DNA of 64,000 nt from an uncultured Candidatus Saccharibacteria bacterium (GCA_964630375.1 CAZVRT010000004.1:8651-72650); one strand, 5' to 3'; positions 8,125 through 17,393 are shown, counted from the first letter of the stretch. Notes: generated by a model from the letters alone, not told the origin. Numbers and translations are program-made.

Positions 8125-10818
8125 ATGGAACAACAACCGCCTTTCAAAAATTTCACAACAAAAGCCAGAGAAGCGATTCGTCATGCGCACGAGTTGGCTG
8201 TTGAGCGTGGACAAAATCATGTGAATTCCGTTCACCTTCTGACTGCTCTTATTTTGCAAGAAGAGAGTGTGATTATTTCTGTTTTAGAAAAACTTCGAGT
8301 AGACATAATTTTGTTATCAGATTCTCTTTTAGATGAAATTGAATCTCCTGAAACAGCACAAACGCTTTCTCCTTCATACCAACTTTATTTATCACCTGAT
8401 TTAGCGCAAGTGATCGATTACTCAATTAAGGTTGCGACAGATTTGGGGGAAGAGTTTGTTTCAGTTGAACATTTGCTACTTTCTATTATAGATATAAAAA
8501 GTCCTGCGCGAGATATTTTACTGAAATTTAAAATCACTCGAGAAAATGTTGTAAATATTTTGGAAAGTTTGAAACATGAAAATAAAAATGGCGAAGTTCC
8601 GCAAGCTTCGACAAAGTCATTACAAAAATTTACAGTAAATCTAACTGATAAGGCTCGAGAAAAAGCTCTTGATCCTGTTATCGGAAGAGATCGAGAAATA
8701 AACAGAGTTATTCAGATTCTGTCACGAAGAACAAAAAATAATCCAATTTTGATTGGTGAAGCTGGAGTTGGAAAAACTGCAATTATCGAAGGTTTGGCGA
8801 ATAGAATTGCTTCAGGTGATGTGCCGGAATCTTTGAAAGATAAAGAATTGGTTTCTTTGGATTTAGGTTCTCTTATTGCCGGTACAAAATATCGAGGAGA
8901 ATTTGAGGATCGTTTGAAAAAGATTGTAAAGGAAATTAAGCAAGCGGAAGGAAGAATTATTCTTTTTATTGATGAAATTCATACGCTAGCTGGTGCTGGT
9001 GCCGCTGAAGGTTCTCTTGATGCTTCAAACATGTTGAAGCCGGCTCTTGCTCGTGGAGAATTGAAAGCTATTGGAGCAACGACAATTAAAGAATATCAAA
9101 GACATATTGAAAAAGACGCAGCTTTGACTCGAAGATTTCAACCTGTTCATGTTGCCGAGCCGACACTTGAAGATGCAACTGCAATCTTGAGAGGAATTAA
9201 GGAAAAATATGAGTTGTATCATGGTGTTAGAATTTCTGATGATGCGATTGTGGCTGCAGTTGAGCTTTCTTCTCGATATATTACCGACAGATTTCTGCCT
9301 GATAAGGCTGTAGATCTTATCGATGAAGCGGCATCAACTTTGAAAATTAGTTTGGAGAATATGCCAGAAGAACTTGAAGATTCACGAAGAAAAGTGATGC
9401 GTCTTGAGATTGAAAGAGAAGCTCTAAAAAAAGAAACAAAGCAAAATAAAAAAACTACTGACAGATTAAGTGAGATTGAAGAAAAGATTGCAGATTTGAA
9501 GTCTTCAACTGCCGAGCTTGAATTGAAATGGAAAAATGAAAAAGAAGCTATTGTTGCAATTAAAAATATAAAATCAAATCTAGAAAGTTTGAAAACAGAA
9601 GCTGATGTTGCTGAAACTCGTGCTGATTTATCTAGGGCAGCCGAAATTCGTTATGCCGAAATTCCTCAATTGGAAAAAGATTTGAAAGTTGAAGAAAAAC
9701 GTTTGCAACAACTTCAACGATCACGACAAATTTTGAAAGAAGTTATCACAGAAGAAGATATTGCGACTGTGGTTTCTCGTTGGACAGGTATTCCGGTTGA
9801 AAGAATGCTTGAAGAAGAAGCAGAAAAATTGGCGAGAATGGAAAGTGTTTTGAGAAAAAGACTTATAGGACAAGATGAAGCTGTGAGAAAAGTTGCTGAT
9901 ACGATTCGTCGCTCTCGTGCAGGAATTTCAGATCCAAATAAGCCAATTGGTTCATTTATTTTCCTTGGACCAACAGGAGTTGGAAAGACAGAGTTAACAA
10001 AAACTTTGGCGGAATTTTTGTTTGATGATGAAAAAGCATTGATTCGAGTTGATATGTCTGAGTTTATGGAAAGACATTCAGTTTCAAAATTGATCGGTTC
10101 GCCTCCTGGATATGTCGGACATGAAGAAGGTGGAAATCTAACAGAAATGATTCGACATCGACCGTATTCAGTAATTTTGTTTGATGAAATTGAAAAAGCT
10201 CACCCAGAAGTCTTCAATATTCTTCTTCAAGTTTTGGATAATGGACATCTAACAGATTCAAAAGGTAGAACAGTAAACTTTAAAAATACTGTAATTATCT
10301 TAACTTCAAATATTGGAGCGGAATATATCGATAGAATGGAGAAAATTGGTTTCGATGATGGTGCGACCGAAAGCGATCAATATAACGAAACAAAAACAAA
10401 TGTTGAAAAAGCTTTGAAGGAACATTTCCGACCAGAATTTTTGAACCGATTAGATGAAGTTGTGATATTCGATATTTTAAACAAAGAAGCAATTCAAAAA
10501 ATTGTTGAAATTCAAATTGATTTGGTGCGTCAAAGATTGGAACAAAAGGGAATTAAGCTGAAAACTTCTCCTGCTGTTTTGAAATATCTTGCAGATGAAG
10601 GATACGATCCTCATTATGGTGCGCGACCTTTGAAGCGAGTGATTCAAACAAAGATTTTGAATCCAGCTGCACAACTTATTATTGCTAGTGGTCTTGGTGA
10701 GGGAGATAATCTTTCAGTTGGAATTACCGGAAAAGAATTTACTTTTGGAATTTCAAAAGGCAAGCACCAAAGAATGTTTAAGGAGAGTGAGATTAATGAA
10801 GGAGCGCTTGTCGGATAA
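8125..10818 (+). CDS. clpB: ATP-dependent chaperone ClpB (Clp_N domain, two AAA+ modules, long coiled-coil M-domain)
   Basis: Walker A motifs GEAGVGKTA and GPTGVGKTE; ~130-aa coiled-coil middle domain; 897 aa. Confidence 0.92.
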   Translation: MEQQPPFKNFTTKAREAIRHAHELAVERGQNHVNSVHLLTALILQEESVIISVLEKLRVDIILLSDSLLDEIESPETAQTLSPSYQLYLSPDLAQVIDYSIKVATDLGEEFVSVEHLLLSIIDIKSPARDILLKFKITRENVVNILESLKHENKNGEVPQASTKSLQKFTVNLTDKAREKALDPVIGRDREINRVIQILSRRTKNNPILIGEAGVGKTAIIEGLANRIASGDVPESLKDKELVSLDLGSLIAGTKYRGEFEDRLKKIVKEIKQAEGRIILFIDEIHTLAGAGAAEGSLDASNMLKPALARGELKAIGATTIKEYQRHIEKDAALTRRFQPVHVAEPTLEDATAILRGIKEKYELYHGVRISDDAIVAAVELSSRYITDRFLPDKAVDLIDEAASTLKISLENMPEELEDSRRKVMRLEIEREALKKETKQNKKTTDRLSEIEEKIADLKSSTAELELKWKNEKEAIVAIKNIKSNLESLKTEADVAETRADLSRAAEIRYAEIPQLEKDLKVEEKRLQQLQRSRQILKEVITEEDIATVVSRWTGIPVERMLEEEAEKLARMESVLRKRLIGQDEAVRKVADTIRRSRAGISDPNKPIGSFIFLGPTGVGKTELTKTLAEFLFDDEKALIRVDMSEFMERHSVSKLIGSPPGYVGHEEGGNLTEMIRHRPYSVILFDEIEKAHPEVFNILLQVLDNGHLTDSKGRTVNFKNTVIILTSNIGAEYIDRMEKIGFDDGATESDQYNETKTNVEKALKEHFRPEFLNRLDEVVIFDILNKEAIQKIVEIQIDLVRQRLEQKGIKLKTSPAVLKYLADEGYDPHYGARPLKRVIQTKILNPAAQLIIASGLGEGDNLSVGITGKEFTFGISKGKHQRMFKESEINEGALVG

Positions 10819-10896
10819 ATAAAATATAAAATCCCCAAAATTTTGCCAGTCCTCGGCTTACGCCTGCGGAAGCAAAATTTTGGGGATTTTATATTT
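10819..10896. repeat. 78-bp palindromic element (26-bp perfect inverted arms with a 26-nt spacer); likely a bidirectional terminator between clpB and tRNA-Tyr
   Basis: AAAATATAAAATCCCCAAAATTTTGC ...spacer... GCAAAATTTTGGGGATTTTATATTTT. Confidence 0.7.
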
Positions 10897-10907
10897 TCTT
10901 TATTTTG

Positions 10908-10990
10908 TGCGCAGAGAGGGATTCGAACCCCCGTAGACCGAAGTCGGCGGATTTACAGTCCGCTGCAATTGACCGCTCTGCCATCTACGC
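10908..10990 (-). tRNA. tRNA-Tyr (anticodon GTA), long variable arm
   Basis: Reverse complement GCGTAGATGGCAGAGCGGTCAATTGCAGCGGACTGTAAATCCGCCGACTTCGGTCTACGGGGGTTCGAATCCCTCTCTGCGCA. Confidence 0.8.
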
Positions 10991-11079
10991 AGATACCCCA
11001 ACTCAATTTGAAAGAGGTTCATTTATCATAATTGTATTGATAATTTAAATCAAGTCCGACTTGTAGTATAATTTTTGTA

Positions 11080-11784
11080 ATGAAAAAAGAAGATAAAATC
11101 TTTTGGTTGCAGGCGGGCGGTATTTTTTTAGGTTCAGTTTTTATTTTTGCTGCTTTGGGATTATTGCCGACTAATTTGATTCCGGGGGAATTTATGATTG
11201 CTAAAAACAATCAGAAAGATCGAGTTGATTATTCAAAAGGTGCTTCAATTAGTGATCCTAATTTATTACAGGAAGTTACATATGTTAGAGATAGAAATGG
11301 CAACATTTTACGAAGTCCTGATAACTCAGAAACAGCTCAATCAACTGTTCAAACAACACTTTCAAAACCTTCTAGAATCGTAGTGCCATCAGTTGGAATT
11401 GATACCGTTGTTTTGCAGCCTCAAAGTCCGGCTGTTGATGTTTTGGACCAAGCTTTACAAAGTGGTGCTGTTTATTATCCGGGTTCTGGTTTTATAGAGC
11501 AGGGAAATATGTTTATTTTTGGACATAGTAGCCGTTTGCCTGTTGTTGTAAATCAAGCTTATAAAGCCTTCAATGACATTGAAAAGACTAAAATTGGTGA
11601 TGAAATCTATATCTATTCTGGTGGCCAAAAATATACGTATGTTGTGGAAAGAGTCTATCATGCAGACTCAGAATCAGCTTTTATTGACTTAAGTCGAAGT
11701 GGGCGAAGGCTGACTATTTCAACTTGTGATTCTTTTGGAAAAAAGACAGATCGATGGGTGGTGGATGCGGTGTTTAAGGGGTAA
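11080..11784 (+). CDS. Sortase family transpeptidase
   Basis: N-terminal TM anchor; catalytic His in IFGHSS; TLxTC-type motif RLTISTCDSF with the conserved Cys; Arg near the C-terminus. Confidence 0.75.
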   Translation: MKKEDKIFWLQAGGIFLGSVFIFAALGLLPTNLIPGEFMIAKNNQKDRVDYSKGASISDPNLLQEVTYVRDRNGNILRSPDNSETAQSTVQTTLSKPSRIVVPSVGIDTVVLQPQSPAVDVLDQALQSGAVYYPGSGFIEQGNMFIFGHSSRLPVVVNQAYKAFNDIEKTKIGDEIYIYSGGQKYTYVVERVYHADSESAFIDLSRSGRRLTISTCDSFGKKTDRWVVDAVFKG

Positions 11785-11899
11785 TTTCTGGATTTAAACT
11801 ATTTACAAGAGTGTATATATGTGAACTTGACTTTTTATAAAATTGTGCTAATATATACGCAGAAATAAGCTCACATTCGTTGAGTAAATTTCGTTCTTT

Positions 11900-11923
11900 C
11901 CAAACCAAACCAAACCCAAAAAC
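11900..11923. repeat. (CCAAA)3-CCCAAAAAC pentanucleotide microsatellite immediately upstream of the start codon of the GC-rich gene
   Basis: ccaaaccaaaccaaacccaaaaac at the left boundary of the compositional island. Confidence 0.8.
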
Positions 11924-11928
11924 AAAAA

Positions 11929-12789
11929 ATGAGTAACACCACCACTCCGGCCCCTGCGGCCACCACCGAAGAGCAAATCGCTCAACTCCGCGAATCCGTC
12001 AACCAGATCGCGGAAGCGGTCGCTACCCAGAACAAGTCGAAAGGCTTCTCTCTCAAGCTGAAATGGGGAGTCGCGGCGGGCCTCGTGCTCGCAGTGTTCC
12101 TCGCTCTGTGGGTCTTTCGCCCCACCAGCACTCCGACGGCAACCGCTCCTGTGGCTGCCACGCCTGAAAACGAAGAGCTCAAGGCTCTTCGGGTCGAGCT
12201 GGAAACAGCAAAGGTTGAACGTGAGGTGGCAGCGAAAGCTGCTGCTGAACAGGAAGAAGCCCAGAAGAAAGCCCAAGAGTCCGATGCTCTCCGAAAGGAG
12301 ATGTCGAGCATGAGGGAAGACTTCATGGCAGCCATCGCGGCTGCCTCGGCTTCTTCCAAGGCGACGGTATCCGCTGCTACTTCGAGTACTCCTGTCCAAT
12401 TGGAGGCTTCCACGAATAACGGCAGCAGCATTGCTGCCCAAATCAACGAAGGCCTCCGTCTTCAGTATGGGGTGGCCCATGCACACACCGGGGAAAGCAC
12501 CCCGCCTCCTGGCCTAACTTGGCTGGATCTTGGCGGGGTTCAGATTCCTATTTTCAGGAATCCTCGTATGAACAATCAGTGGGCCTTTGTTACCGGAGAT
12601 TTGCTCGATGGTGTCAAGACCCCTCCTCGTTCTAACGAAGTCCCTCTGCCCGAAGGGCGGACATGGATTCCTTTGACCGCGGCCAACATTCCGCCGACAG
12701 GGGCTATCAACCCTGATGGGCAAAATATGTCCATCGACCGGGCTTTGATGGACGGGGCACTCATTTACGGAACTGTTGCTGTAAGGTAG
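11929..12789 (+). CDS. Hypothetical membrane protein encoded on a high-GC (~58%) island; Thr/Pro/Ala-rich N-terminus, one TM, an Ala/Glu-rich coiled-coil and a C-terminal globular region
   Basis: Long ORF with an ATG start; an AT-rich promoter-like TTGACT-N16-TAATAT lies in the left flank; no Shine-Dalgarno sequence; composition is abruptly different from the flanks. Confidence 0.55.
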   Translation: MSNTTTPAPAATTEEQIAQLRESVNQIAEAVATQNKSKGFSLKLKWGVAAGLVLAVFLALWVFRPTSTPTATAPVAATPENEELKALRVELETAKVEREVAAKAAAEQEEAQKKAQESDALRKEMSSMREDFMAAIAAASASSKATVSAATSSTPVQLEASTNNGSSIAAQINEGLRLQYGVAHAHTGESTPPPGLTWLDLGGVQIPIFRNPRMNNQWAFVTGDLLDGVKTPPRSNEVPLPEGRTWIPLTAANIPPTGAINPDGQNMSIDRALMDGALIYGTVAVR

Positions 12790-12800
12790 CAGTTCTCACG

Positions 12801-12841
12801 AGCTTTTTGTTGGGTTCAATCCCCAGCAAAAAGCTTTTTTC
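12801..12841 (+). terminator. Hairpin terminator with a tRNA T-arm-like loop (minihelix-like) at the right edge of the GC island
   Basis: AGCTTTTTG-TTGGGTTCAATCCCCAG-CAAAAAGCT-TTTTT. The loop has a 'GGGTTCAATCCCC' core matching the tRNA T-stem/loop consensus. Confidence 0.6.
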
Positions 12842-12865
12842 TTTAAAAAGCAGTACCTATTGACT

Positions 12866-12894
12866 TAAATATAAAGATGTAGTATACTTGAAGG
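12866..12894 (+). promoter_or_regulatory. Sigma-70-like promoter for the repeat surface-protein gene
   Basis: TTGACT-17 nt-TATACT (approximate coordinates). Confidence 0.45.
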
Positions 12895-12919
12895 ATAGAT
12901 ATATAATTTAAGAAAAAAC

Positions 12920-14116
12920 ATGAAAAACATTTTATTAGAAACAAGAATAAAAAATATTTTGAAAAACATAACATTTGTTTTTGCCTTGATATTTTTCCCT
13001 GTAATGTCTGTACAAGCATATTCTTCATACACGCCTGATTATTCATCATCTCCAAGTTATTCATATTCTTCATATACCCCTAGCTACTCTTCTGGAAGTA
13101 ATTACAACTACTCTTCATATACTCCTAGTTATTCTAACTACGATTACAATTATTCTTCATACACACCAAGTTATAACTATGGATATAATGACTACAACTA
13201 CTCTTCATATACTCCTAGTTATTCTAACTACGATTACAATTGTTCAGATTGTTACAGCTACGGTGGATATTCTGACTACGGAAGTTACGGATACAACGAC
13301 TACTATGATTACACACCTTCATACGGAGGATGTTCAGGATCAAACTGTGGAGGTTCAACACCTTCATCAGGAGGAGCGTTGTCAGCACTGGGCTTTAACC
13401 TAAACTACAGCGACAATGACACAACTATTATCGACAACAGTAAAACAGATAATAGTGTAAGAATTAATATTCGAAACTCTTCAACTACAAATACAACTAA
13501 TAATCATTGTAGTAATAACACTGGTGACAATAACTGTAATAATACAACTACTATCATCACTTCAAATGACCAAGATAAAGACTATGATCTAGATGTTATC
13601 TGTCGAGTTTCAAAAACTAGAATTCGTGAAGGTGACACAGTAACATATGAAGTAGAAATCCGAGGTGGAAAACCTTCATATAGAATCGAATGGTCAGGTG
13701 ATATTTCAGGAGATGATGAAGAAGAGCGAGTACGTTATAACCGAAGAGGATCATACAGAGTTTCTGTAGAAGTTAGAGATTCAAAAGGTAATCGAGCTTC
13801 TGACGAATGTTCAATTGTTGTTGTTGATAGAGAAGACGAAGATGACGACGATGATGATAGACGAGTTACTGTAACAACAAATACAGGACTAGGAACACCA
13901 ACAGGAAATCTAGCATCTTTGGAATCAGTATTCTTGTCACAAGTCCCATATACAGGACCTGGAGATGTTGCGAAAGTTCTAGGAGTTGTTGCATTGATTG
14001 CAATTTGGAGTACGGCTATCGCTATGTATTTGAAAAAGCAACGAGCTGTAAAATCAGTATCAAATAAAATTGCAGACTTTAAAGAACAAAATAAAAACGC
14101 AAATAAAATTGCTTAA
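12920..14116 (+). CDS. Repeat-rich secreted surface protein: signal peptide, Tyr/Ser-rich (S)SYTPSY(S) repeats, Asn/Thr-rich region, poly-Asp/Glu tract, and a C-terminal 'VPYTG' motif followed by a TM helix and a basic tail (candidate sortase substrate)
   Basis: The repeats are visible in the translation. C-terminus ...SQVPYTGPGDVAKVLGVVALIAIWSTAIAMYLKKQR... A 47-bp perfect direct DNA repeat at 13105..13151 and 13195..13241. Confidence 0.6.
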   Translation: MKNILLETRIKNILKNITFVFALIFFPVMSVQAYSSYTPDYSSSPSYSYSSYTPSYSSGSNYNYSSYTPSYSNYDYNYSSYTPSYNYGYNDYNYSSYTPSYSNYDYNCSDCYSYGGYSDYGSYGYNDYYDYTPSYGGCSGSNCGGSTPSSGGALSALGFNLNYSDNDTTIIDNSKTDNSVRINIRNSSTTNTTNNHCSNNTGDNNCNNTTTIITSNDQDKDYDLDVICRVSKTRIREGDTVTYEVEIRGGKPSYRIEWSGDISGDDEEERVRYNRRGSYRVSVEVRDSKGNRASDECSIVVVDREDEDDDDDDRRVTVTTNTGLGTPTGNLASLESVFLSQVPYTGPGDVAKVLGVVALIAIWSTAIAMYLKKQRAVKSVSNKIADFKEQNKNANKIA

Positions 14117-14212
14117 CATTGGCGACCTTAGAGTTGACTTTTTGGGAAAGTTTATATAGGATATAGGTGTTTAGGGCATGCCCAGCGATCCGAGACTAGT
14201 CTCGGTGATTAT

Positions 14213-14620
14213 TTAGAAAAAACCAAGCACATGCTTGGTTTTTTCTTTTACGCTCGAAAATTCTTCTTGAGTAATTGTACCAATGTGCCTCTGCAGTCTT
14301 TTGGTGCTAAACATTCTAATTTGATGTAAAGATACGTATTGTATTTCACCGTTAATTTTAATTGGATGGAACCAACTTCCAACTCTTGGAGTTCTGGAGA
14401 TGGATAAACCAATAAAATGTTTATTAGATAATTTTTGTAAAATCAAAACTGGTCTACGAAAATAATCTCCTTTTCCACAAGATTCTTTTGCAATATTTAT
14501 GCCTATTGAACACCACCAAATCTCCGCAATTTTAAATAATAATTCTTTGTTCTTGTATATTTTTAATTCTAGTGTTTTCTTGATTAAATTCCAGTTGTCA
14601 AAATCTTTTTCCATCTCCAT
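14213..14620 (-). CDS. PemK/MazF-family toxin-like protein (Kid/CcdB fold) with an N-terminal extension; no cognate antitoxin gene recognised
   Basis: IWWCSIGINIAKESCGKGDYFRRPVLIL ... YVSLHQIRMFSTKRLQRHIGTITQEEF matches the MazF/PemK pattern Gxi..v.f.P..G.E..g.RPvlvl ... dqirtidk.Rl...iG.l..e. Confidence 0.55.
   Translation of the reverse strand: MEMEKDFDNWNLIKKTLELKIYKNKELLFKIAEIWWCSIGINIAKESCGKGDYFRRPVLILQKLSNKHFIGLSISRTPRVGSWFHPIKINGEIQYVSLHQIRMFSTKRLQRHIGTITQEEFSSVKEKTKHVLGFF
14217..14244. terminator. Bidirectional terminator hairpin (AAAAAA-CCAAGC-ACAT-GCTTGG-TTTTTT)
   Basis: Perfect 6-bp stem flanked by A and T runs. Nearby palindromes: CCGAGACTAGTCTCGG at 14190..14205 and GGGCATGCCC at 14174..14183. 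Confidence 0.6.
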
Positions 14621-14795
14621 AAAAACAAAGTATATGTGTTTTTGGAAAATCTTAAAGACAAGACTTTATGTAATCTTTAGTATTTTTTCATTTAATTTTC
14701 AGAATAAATATTAATTAATAAAACAAAAAAGCTTTACATAAGTCAATTAATAAATTAATGTTTGCTTGAAAGTAACTTTAAAAAGGAGGTATAAA

Positions 14796-15629
14796 ATGAT
14801 TTTGTTAGATGGAAAAAAGTGTGCAAAAGAAATTCGACGTGAAATCTCAACTCAAGTTTTGAGTATGTCCAGAAAGCCTTGTTTGGCAGTAGTTCTGGTA
14901 GGAGACAATCTTGCGAGCAGTCTATATGTTTCAAACAAAGAAAGGTTCGCTCAAGAAGTTGGTTTTAGAAGCATAACCAAAAAACTACCGAAAACCATAA
15001 CACAACGAGAGCTTGTTGATGTGGTGGTGAAGTTGAATCAAGATCAGGAAGTTGATGGATATATTATTCAACTACCTTTGCCAGAACACATTGATGTTGA
15101 GATGATTGTGAATCTTATAGATCCACGAAAAGATGTCGACGGATTCACACCGTTCAACCAAGGACTTCTTTTAAGAGGTTTTCCAAAGATTGTACCAGCA
15201 ACACCGAGAGGTGTTGTTGAATTGCTTAGGAGAAACGATATTCAATTTTCTGGAAAAGAAGTTGTTATTGTTGGTCGAAGCTCAATTGTTGGAAAGCCAT
15301 TGGCAAATCTGCTTTTACTTAAAGGATTGCTGGGAGATGCAACTGTTACGGTCGCGCACTCATCTACCAATAACTTAAGTGAAGTATGCAGGAGAGCTGA
15401 TATCTTGATTTCGGCAATTGGCAGGTCAAAATTTATTACAACAGAATTTGTTAAACCAAACTCTGTTGTGGTGGATGTTGGGATTAATGCTTTTGGTGAT
15501 GAGTTGTGTGGCGACGTAGATTTTAATTCTGTGAAAAATGTGGTTCACGCAATAACCCCAGTTCCCGGAGGTGTTGGTCCTATGACTATTGCTATGCTAC
15601 TGCAAAACACATTAGAAACCTTGGCGTGA
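14796..15629 (+). CDS. folD: Bifunctional methylenetetrahydrofolate dehydrogenase/cyclohydrolase FolD
   Basis: MILLDGKK...; NAD(P)-binding GRSSIVGKPLANLL; C-terminal PVPGGVGPMT. RBS AAAGGAGG 7 nt upstream of the ATG at 14796 (the track ORF starts at an upstream TTG at 14766). Confidence 0.9.
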   Translation: MILLDGKKCAKEIRREISTQVLSMSRKPCLAVVLVGDNLASSLYVSNKERFAQEVGFRSITKKLPKTITQRELVDVVVKLNQDQEVDGYIIQLPLPEHIDVEMIVNLIDPRKDVDGFTPFNQGLLLRGFPKIVPATPRGVVELLRRNDIQFSGKEVVIVGRSSIVGKPLANLLLLKGLLGDATVTVAHSSTNNLSEVCRRADILISAIGRSKFITTEFVKPNSVVVDVGINAFGDELCGDVDFNSVKNVVHAITPVPGGVGPMTIAMLLQNTLETLA

Positions 15630-15643
15630 AAGCGCCTTTTTAT

Positions 15644-17383
15644 TTAGCTTTCCGACTTTAATTTTTCTACAAGCTCAGCAATACTTAATTGTCCAATTTT
15701 GCCTTCGTCACGAGATTCAAGAGTTGATGTTTTTGACTCCATTTCTGAATCACCAATAATTACAAAATAAGGAGTCTTTTCTGTTTTTGCTTTTCTAACT
15801 TTTTTTCCAAAACCTTCATCGCTGTTATCAAAATCAACTCTGAATCCGTTTGATTTTAATTCCTCAACAACTTCACTTGCATATTGATTGTGTTTTTCGT
15901 TGATTGTAATAACAGAAATTTGCACGGGCGACATCCAGAATGGAAAGTCTCCAGCAAAGTGTTCAATCATCACAGACAAAAATCTTTCAATAGAACCTGC
16001 AATTGCTCGGTGAATCATCACAGGATGTTTTTTTGTTCCATCTTTATCTGTGTACTCTAAACCAAATCGAGTTGGCATATTAAAGTCCAATTGAACTGTA
16101 GCAAGTTGCCATTCTCGTCCGATTGCATCTTTAAACATAAAGTCTAATTTTGGACCGTAAAAAGCAGCTTCGCCTTCGCCGACTTTATAGTTCAAATTTT
16201 CTTTCTCAGAAATCTTTTTTAAGATGTCTTCAGAATGATTCCAAATTGAATCATCACCCAAATATTTTTCTGGAGTTTTTGGATCTCGCACTGAAAGACG
16301 AACCCAATATTTACTCTCATCAAACATTCCAAGTTTTGTATAGAAAGTTTTAATAATTTCAACCATTTGAGAAATTTCTTGCTCGATTTGTTCAGGAGTA
16401 CAAAAAATATGTCCGTCATCTTGCGTTAAAGACCGCACTCTTGAAAGCCCAAGCAATTCACCTGATTGTTCATCACGATAACAAGTTGTGGCTTCAACAA
16501 ATCGAACAGGCAAGTCACGATAGCTTTTTGGAGAGCTGGCATAAATCTGAGTGTGATGAGGACAATTCATTGGCTTCATTACAAATTCTGATTCCATTCC
16601 TTGAACTTTGAAAAGTTCATCACCAAATTTTTCCCAGTGACCAGATGTTTTATAAAGTTCTGGTTTTGTAATGTGCGGAATCCAAACTTGTTTGAAATTG
16701 TATTTTGATTGAATTTCGTAAATTTTATCTACGACAGCATTTCGCAAAGCTGTACCTTTTGGAGTGAAAAGAGGAAGTCCGGCACCAACCAAGTCAGAAA
16801 AAGCAAACAAATCTAATTCTTTTCCAAGTTTTCGATGGTCGCGTAAAGCAGCTTCTTCAATTTGTTTTTTATAATCCGCCAATTCTTGTTCTGTTTCAAA
16901 AGCTATCCCATAAATTCTAGTTAGCATCGGATTTTTTTCATCTCCACGCCAATATGCTCCAGCAACTTTGCTCAACTCAAAACTTTTTTTGTCGATTGAT
17001 GAAAGATTTTCAATGTGTCCACCTTTGCATAAATCGGTAAAACCTCCAGAAGTGTAGAAAGTAATTTTTTCGCCTTTGTCGGCAATTTCATTTATCAACT
17101 CAAGTTTAAATTCATTTCCAGAATAAAAATCTCGAGCTTCATCTGCTGAAACTTCTTTGCTTGTAAATTCTGTCCAATTTGGCAAAAGCTCCAACATTTT
17201 CTTTTGGATTTTTTGCAAATCGTCGTTTGAAACTGGATAAGAGAATTGAAAGTCATAATAAAATCCATTATCAATAGGAGGGCCCAACGTCGGCTTTGCA
17301 TCAGGATAGATTTCTAATACCGCTGCTGCTAAAAGATGAGAAAGAGAATGCCTCTGATTCATCAAATTCTGTTCATTTTTCAT
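15644..17383 (-). CDS. thrS: Threonyl-tRNA synthetase (short form without the N-terminal TGS domain)
   Basis: Class II aaRS core plus anticodon-binding domain; editing-domain zinc-binding HxxxH context (HSLSHLLAAA) at the N-terminus. 579 aa. Confidence 0.88.
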   Translation of the reverse strand: MKNEQNLMNQRHSLSHLLAAAVLEIYPDAKPTLGPPIDNGFYYDFQFSYPVSNDDLQKIQKKMLELLPNWTEFTSKEVSADEARDFYSGNEFKLELINEIADKGEKITFYTSGGFTDLCKGGHIENLSSIDKKSFELSKVAGAYWRGDEKNPMLTRIYGIAFETEQELADYKKQIEEAALRDHRKLGKELDLFAFSDLVGAGLPLFTPKGTALRNAVVDKIYEIQSKYNFKQVWIPHITKPELYKTSGHWEKFGDELFKVQGMESEFVMKPMNCPHHTQIYASSPKSYRDLPVRFVEATTCYRDEQSGELLGLSRVRSLTQDDGHIFCTPEQIEQEISQMVEIIKTFYTKLGMFDESKYWVRLSVRDPKTPEKYLGDDSIWNHSEDILKKISEKENLNYKVGEGEAAFYGPKLDFMFKDAIGREWQLATVQLDFNMPTRFGLEYTDKDGTKKHPVMIHRAIAGSIERFLSVMIEHFAGDFPFWMSPVQISVITINEKHNQYASEVVEELKSNGFRVDFDNSDEGFGKKVRKAKTEKTPYFVIIGDSEMESKTSTLESRDEGKIGQLSIAELVEKLKSES

Positions 17384-17393
17384 AGCTAGAATA

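Noticed and set aside
10843-11031. ORF 10843..11031 (+)
   Set aside because: Covers tRNA-Tyr and the palindromic element; spurious.
11848-12764. Minus-strand ORFs 11848..12486, 11982..12446, 12514..12723 and 12576..12764 inside the GC-rich island
   Set aside because: Antisense open frames are expected by chance in high-GC DNA (few stop codons); the plus-strand 286-aa ORF has the ATG start, the TM segment and a coherent domain layout.
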